Positions 62,241 through 64,000 of a DNA stretch of 64,000 bases are shown piece by piece; positions within the stretch are counted from its first letter, which is position 1; each line of letters opens with the position of its first letter. The position numbers and the translations under genes are program-made. A model generated the notes under the pieces. The model was not told the DNA's origin. It made no database searches and saw only the letters and a list, made by a program, of their open reading frames with translations. The stretch is from Camelus ferus (Eukaryota): NCBI RefSeq assembly GCF_009834535.1, contig NC_045697.1, forward strand, positions 83,392,001 through 83,456,000, read 5' to 3'.

Positions 62241-62844
62241 GGGACAGTGTCATAAGAAAAGTTTTTAGAAATGAAAATGTAAATCCCTTGACACACACAT
62301 TTTGTTAATGTGTCTGCATATCACTTAGCACAGTGAGTCACTCCAGCATCCAAGATCTTATTTATAAACCACATGACAGCTGTAGTTTTGTAGAGGTTAT
62401 ATAAACTTACCTGTTTATATGGAGAGAGAGAGATAGAGAGGGGGAGGAAGGGAGGAAGGGAAGAAGGGAACTGGTCTTACTCCTCCAGGAGATCGTGAAG
62501 TATGGGGAATACTCCCCATTTTGGGTAGTGTGCCTTAAAATAAAAATGTGAGGCAACGAGGGGTCAGGGAAGGTGGGGTTGGTTTAAATGTTTAATGGCA
62601 GCCAGTGAGGGTTTGCTTTAACACATCAATATAAATTGTGAGTCCTTGTAGAGATACAGAGATAAAGAGTGCCTGACCATGCTGAGAGTAAAAGGGAACT
62701 CTCGCGAGAATAGAATCGTGAGCCCTACAGTGTGAGAGCTAAATTGTGAAGAACTAAAGGAGAAGATTTGAGTTCAGAACTAGCAATAACCATTTGAGGA
62801 TAAAGGAGGGAGAATCATGATAAAAAATAAAATGGTAAAAACTG

Positions 62845-63415
62845 ATGTGAGTTGGGTTCATACAGGATTACCTCAAGTAACCAGAAGTTTATCACGAAGA
62901 TAAACGTTCACATGAGGACCACGGGAATCTCAAGGCAATCCTGGGGCATAAAACCTCACAGAGACTGGAACCCAGAAGTGGAGATTCTAGGGAATGAGTG
63001 GCTTCTAGGGAATGAGTGGCTTTCCTTTTTTATCTGGGTGGCAGAAGTTATTGCTCTCTGCTTGCATGATATTCAGCTCCTGTCTGTCTCTGTTTTTCCT
63101 CCTTTCACAAACTATCAGCAACAGCACCCTTACTTTTTACTTATTTCCTCATGGCCTTCCTGTCCTACCACTTTCTCTGAATGTTTTGTTCAACTTCTGC
63201 TTCAACTACCTAATCTCCTGGTCCATATTTCCAGTTTAAATTCACAGGAGAAAGAGTCTAATTTGCTCAGCCGATCCTTACTTGGGCAAAATTTTTGTGT
63301 CAAATCACCTGCTGGGTAAGCCTATGGGTTGGTCAGGTACCCACTCCAGCTCAGAGCTCTCGTTGAAGACTGGAGGGGGCCACATGATACAGACTGTGGT
63401 CACTTCCATCTCTAG
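62845..63415 (-). mobile_element. Old MaLR LTR (MLT1-type)
   Basis: aattcacaggagaaagagtctaatttgctcagc; ggtcaggtacccactcc; ggccacatgatacagac. Confidence 0.5.
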
Positions 63416-64000
63416 AATGACTTAGACCTCCTCCCTGCGCAGGGGCTGTGAGGCAGTTTCTCTCAGGCAGTTTCTCTCTTAGCCAACCTGTCTAATACAG
63501 CAGTGGTGGGAAACAGGGAAATAGATTCAAAAAGGAGAGAGGAGGAGAAAAGAGACCATCTTAGATTGCTACATGGGAGAGTGCAGAGATGTGGCGTCAC
63601 AGGACCCACATCAAGGCCAAAGAAAGAATGCGTTAGCTCTAAGGAAAACGTATAAGAACAGCCCTGAATTGGTGAGGAATGTGACCATAAAGTCAGCTCC
63701 ATGAGCTGATAGACAAGAAAATAAATACATAGAGACATGGACAGACAATAGATGGATAAAGCACAAAACTATTTCATTTTGGTTCAAAGAAAGCAGCTAA
63801 ATTCTTGCCCAACACTTTGTCTTCATCATGTGTCATTACCTCCCTTAGCAGTGCCTCATTAATTTAGTTCACAGGCCTGAGTAAAGCTTACAGCATGGAT
63901 ATACCAAATAAAAGGAAATAAATAAGGAGAACAGAAAAATCTACATTAAAACACCAAATTTTCAATGAAGATTATGATAGCTATAAGTAAATCAATTTTG

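Noticed and set aside
62852..63319. Longest ORF in the track (155 aa)
   Set aside because: Lies within an old MLT1-type LTR, has a non-ATG start, and its repeated LGNEWL comes from an 18-bp duplication
1..64000. CRISPR arrays, operons, phage or other prokaryotic systems
   Set aside because: Sequence is CpG-depleted mammalian DNA with no regularly spaced repeats and no long ORFs

Overview
AT-rich mammalian genomic DNA, not prokaryotic. It is most likely camelid: four tRNA-Ala-derived SINEs resemble the Vic-1 family. Most of the window is decayed transposable elements: old L1M/L1ME and L2 LINEs, MIRs, ERVL provirus remnants, MaLR and ERV1 solo LTRs, and MER2/MER20/MER33 DNA transposons, often nested and with readable target-site duplications (TSDs). 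I recognise no complete known protein-coding gene, rRNA, true tRNA or CRISPR array. Most ORFs in the track are repeat-derived or chance. The main observations are: (1) an APOA4-like coding fragment carried antisense inside an LTR40-type ERVL LTR (16662-16903), with a second, deleted copy near 20.3 kb; (2) a chain of short, phase-compatible + strand exons in non-repeat sequence (4670-32624) that would encode the C-terminus of an unidentified protein; (3) a probable L1 3' transduction with a 15-bp TSD (27973-28714); (4) a 140-bp patch with 27 CpGs at 49.3 kb; (5) three-level LTR nesting. Repeat family names are from recalled consensus sequences and need RepeatMasker/Dfam confirmation. Boundaries of old elements are approximate.
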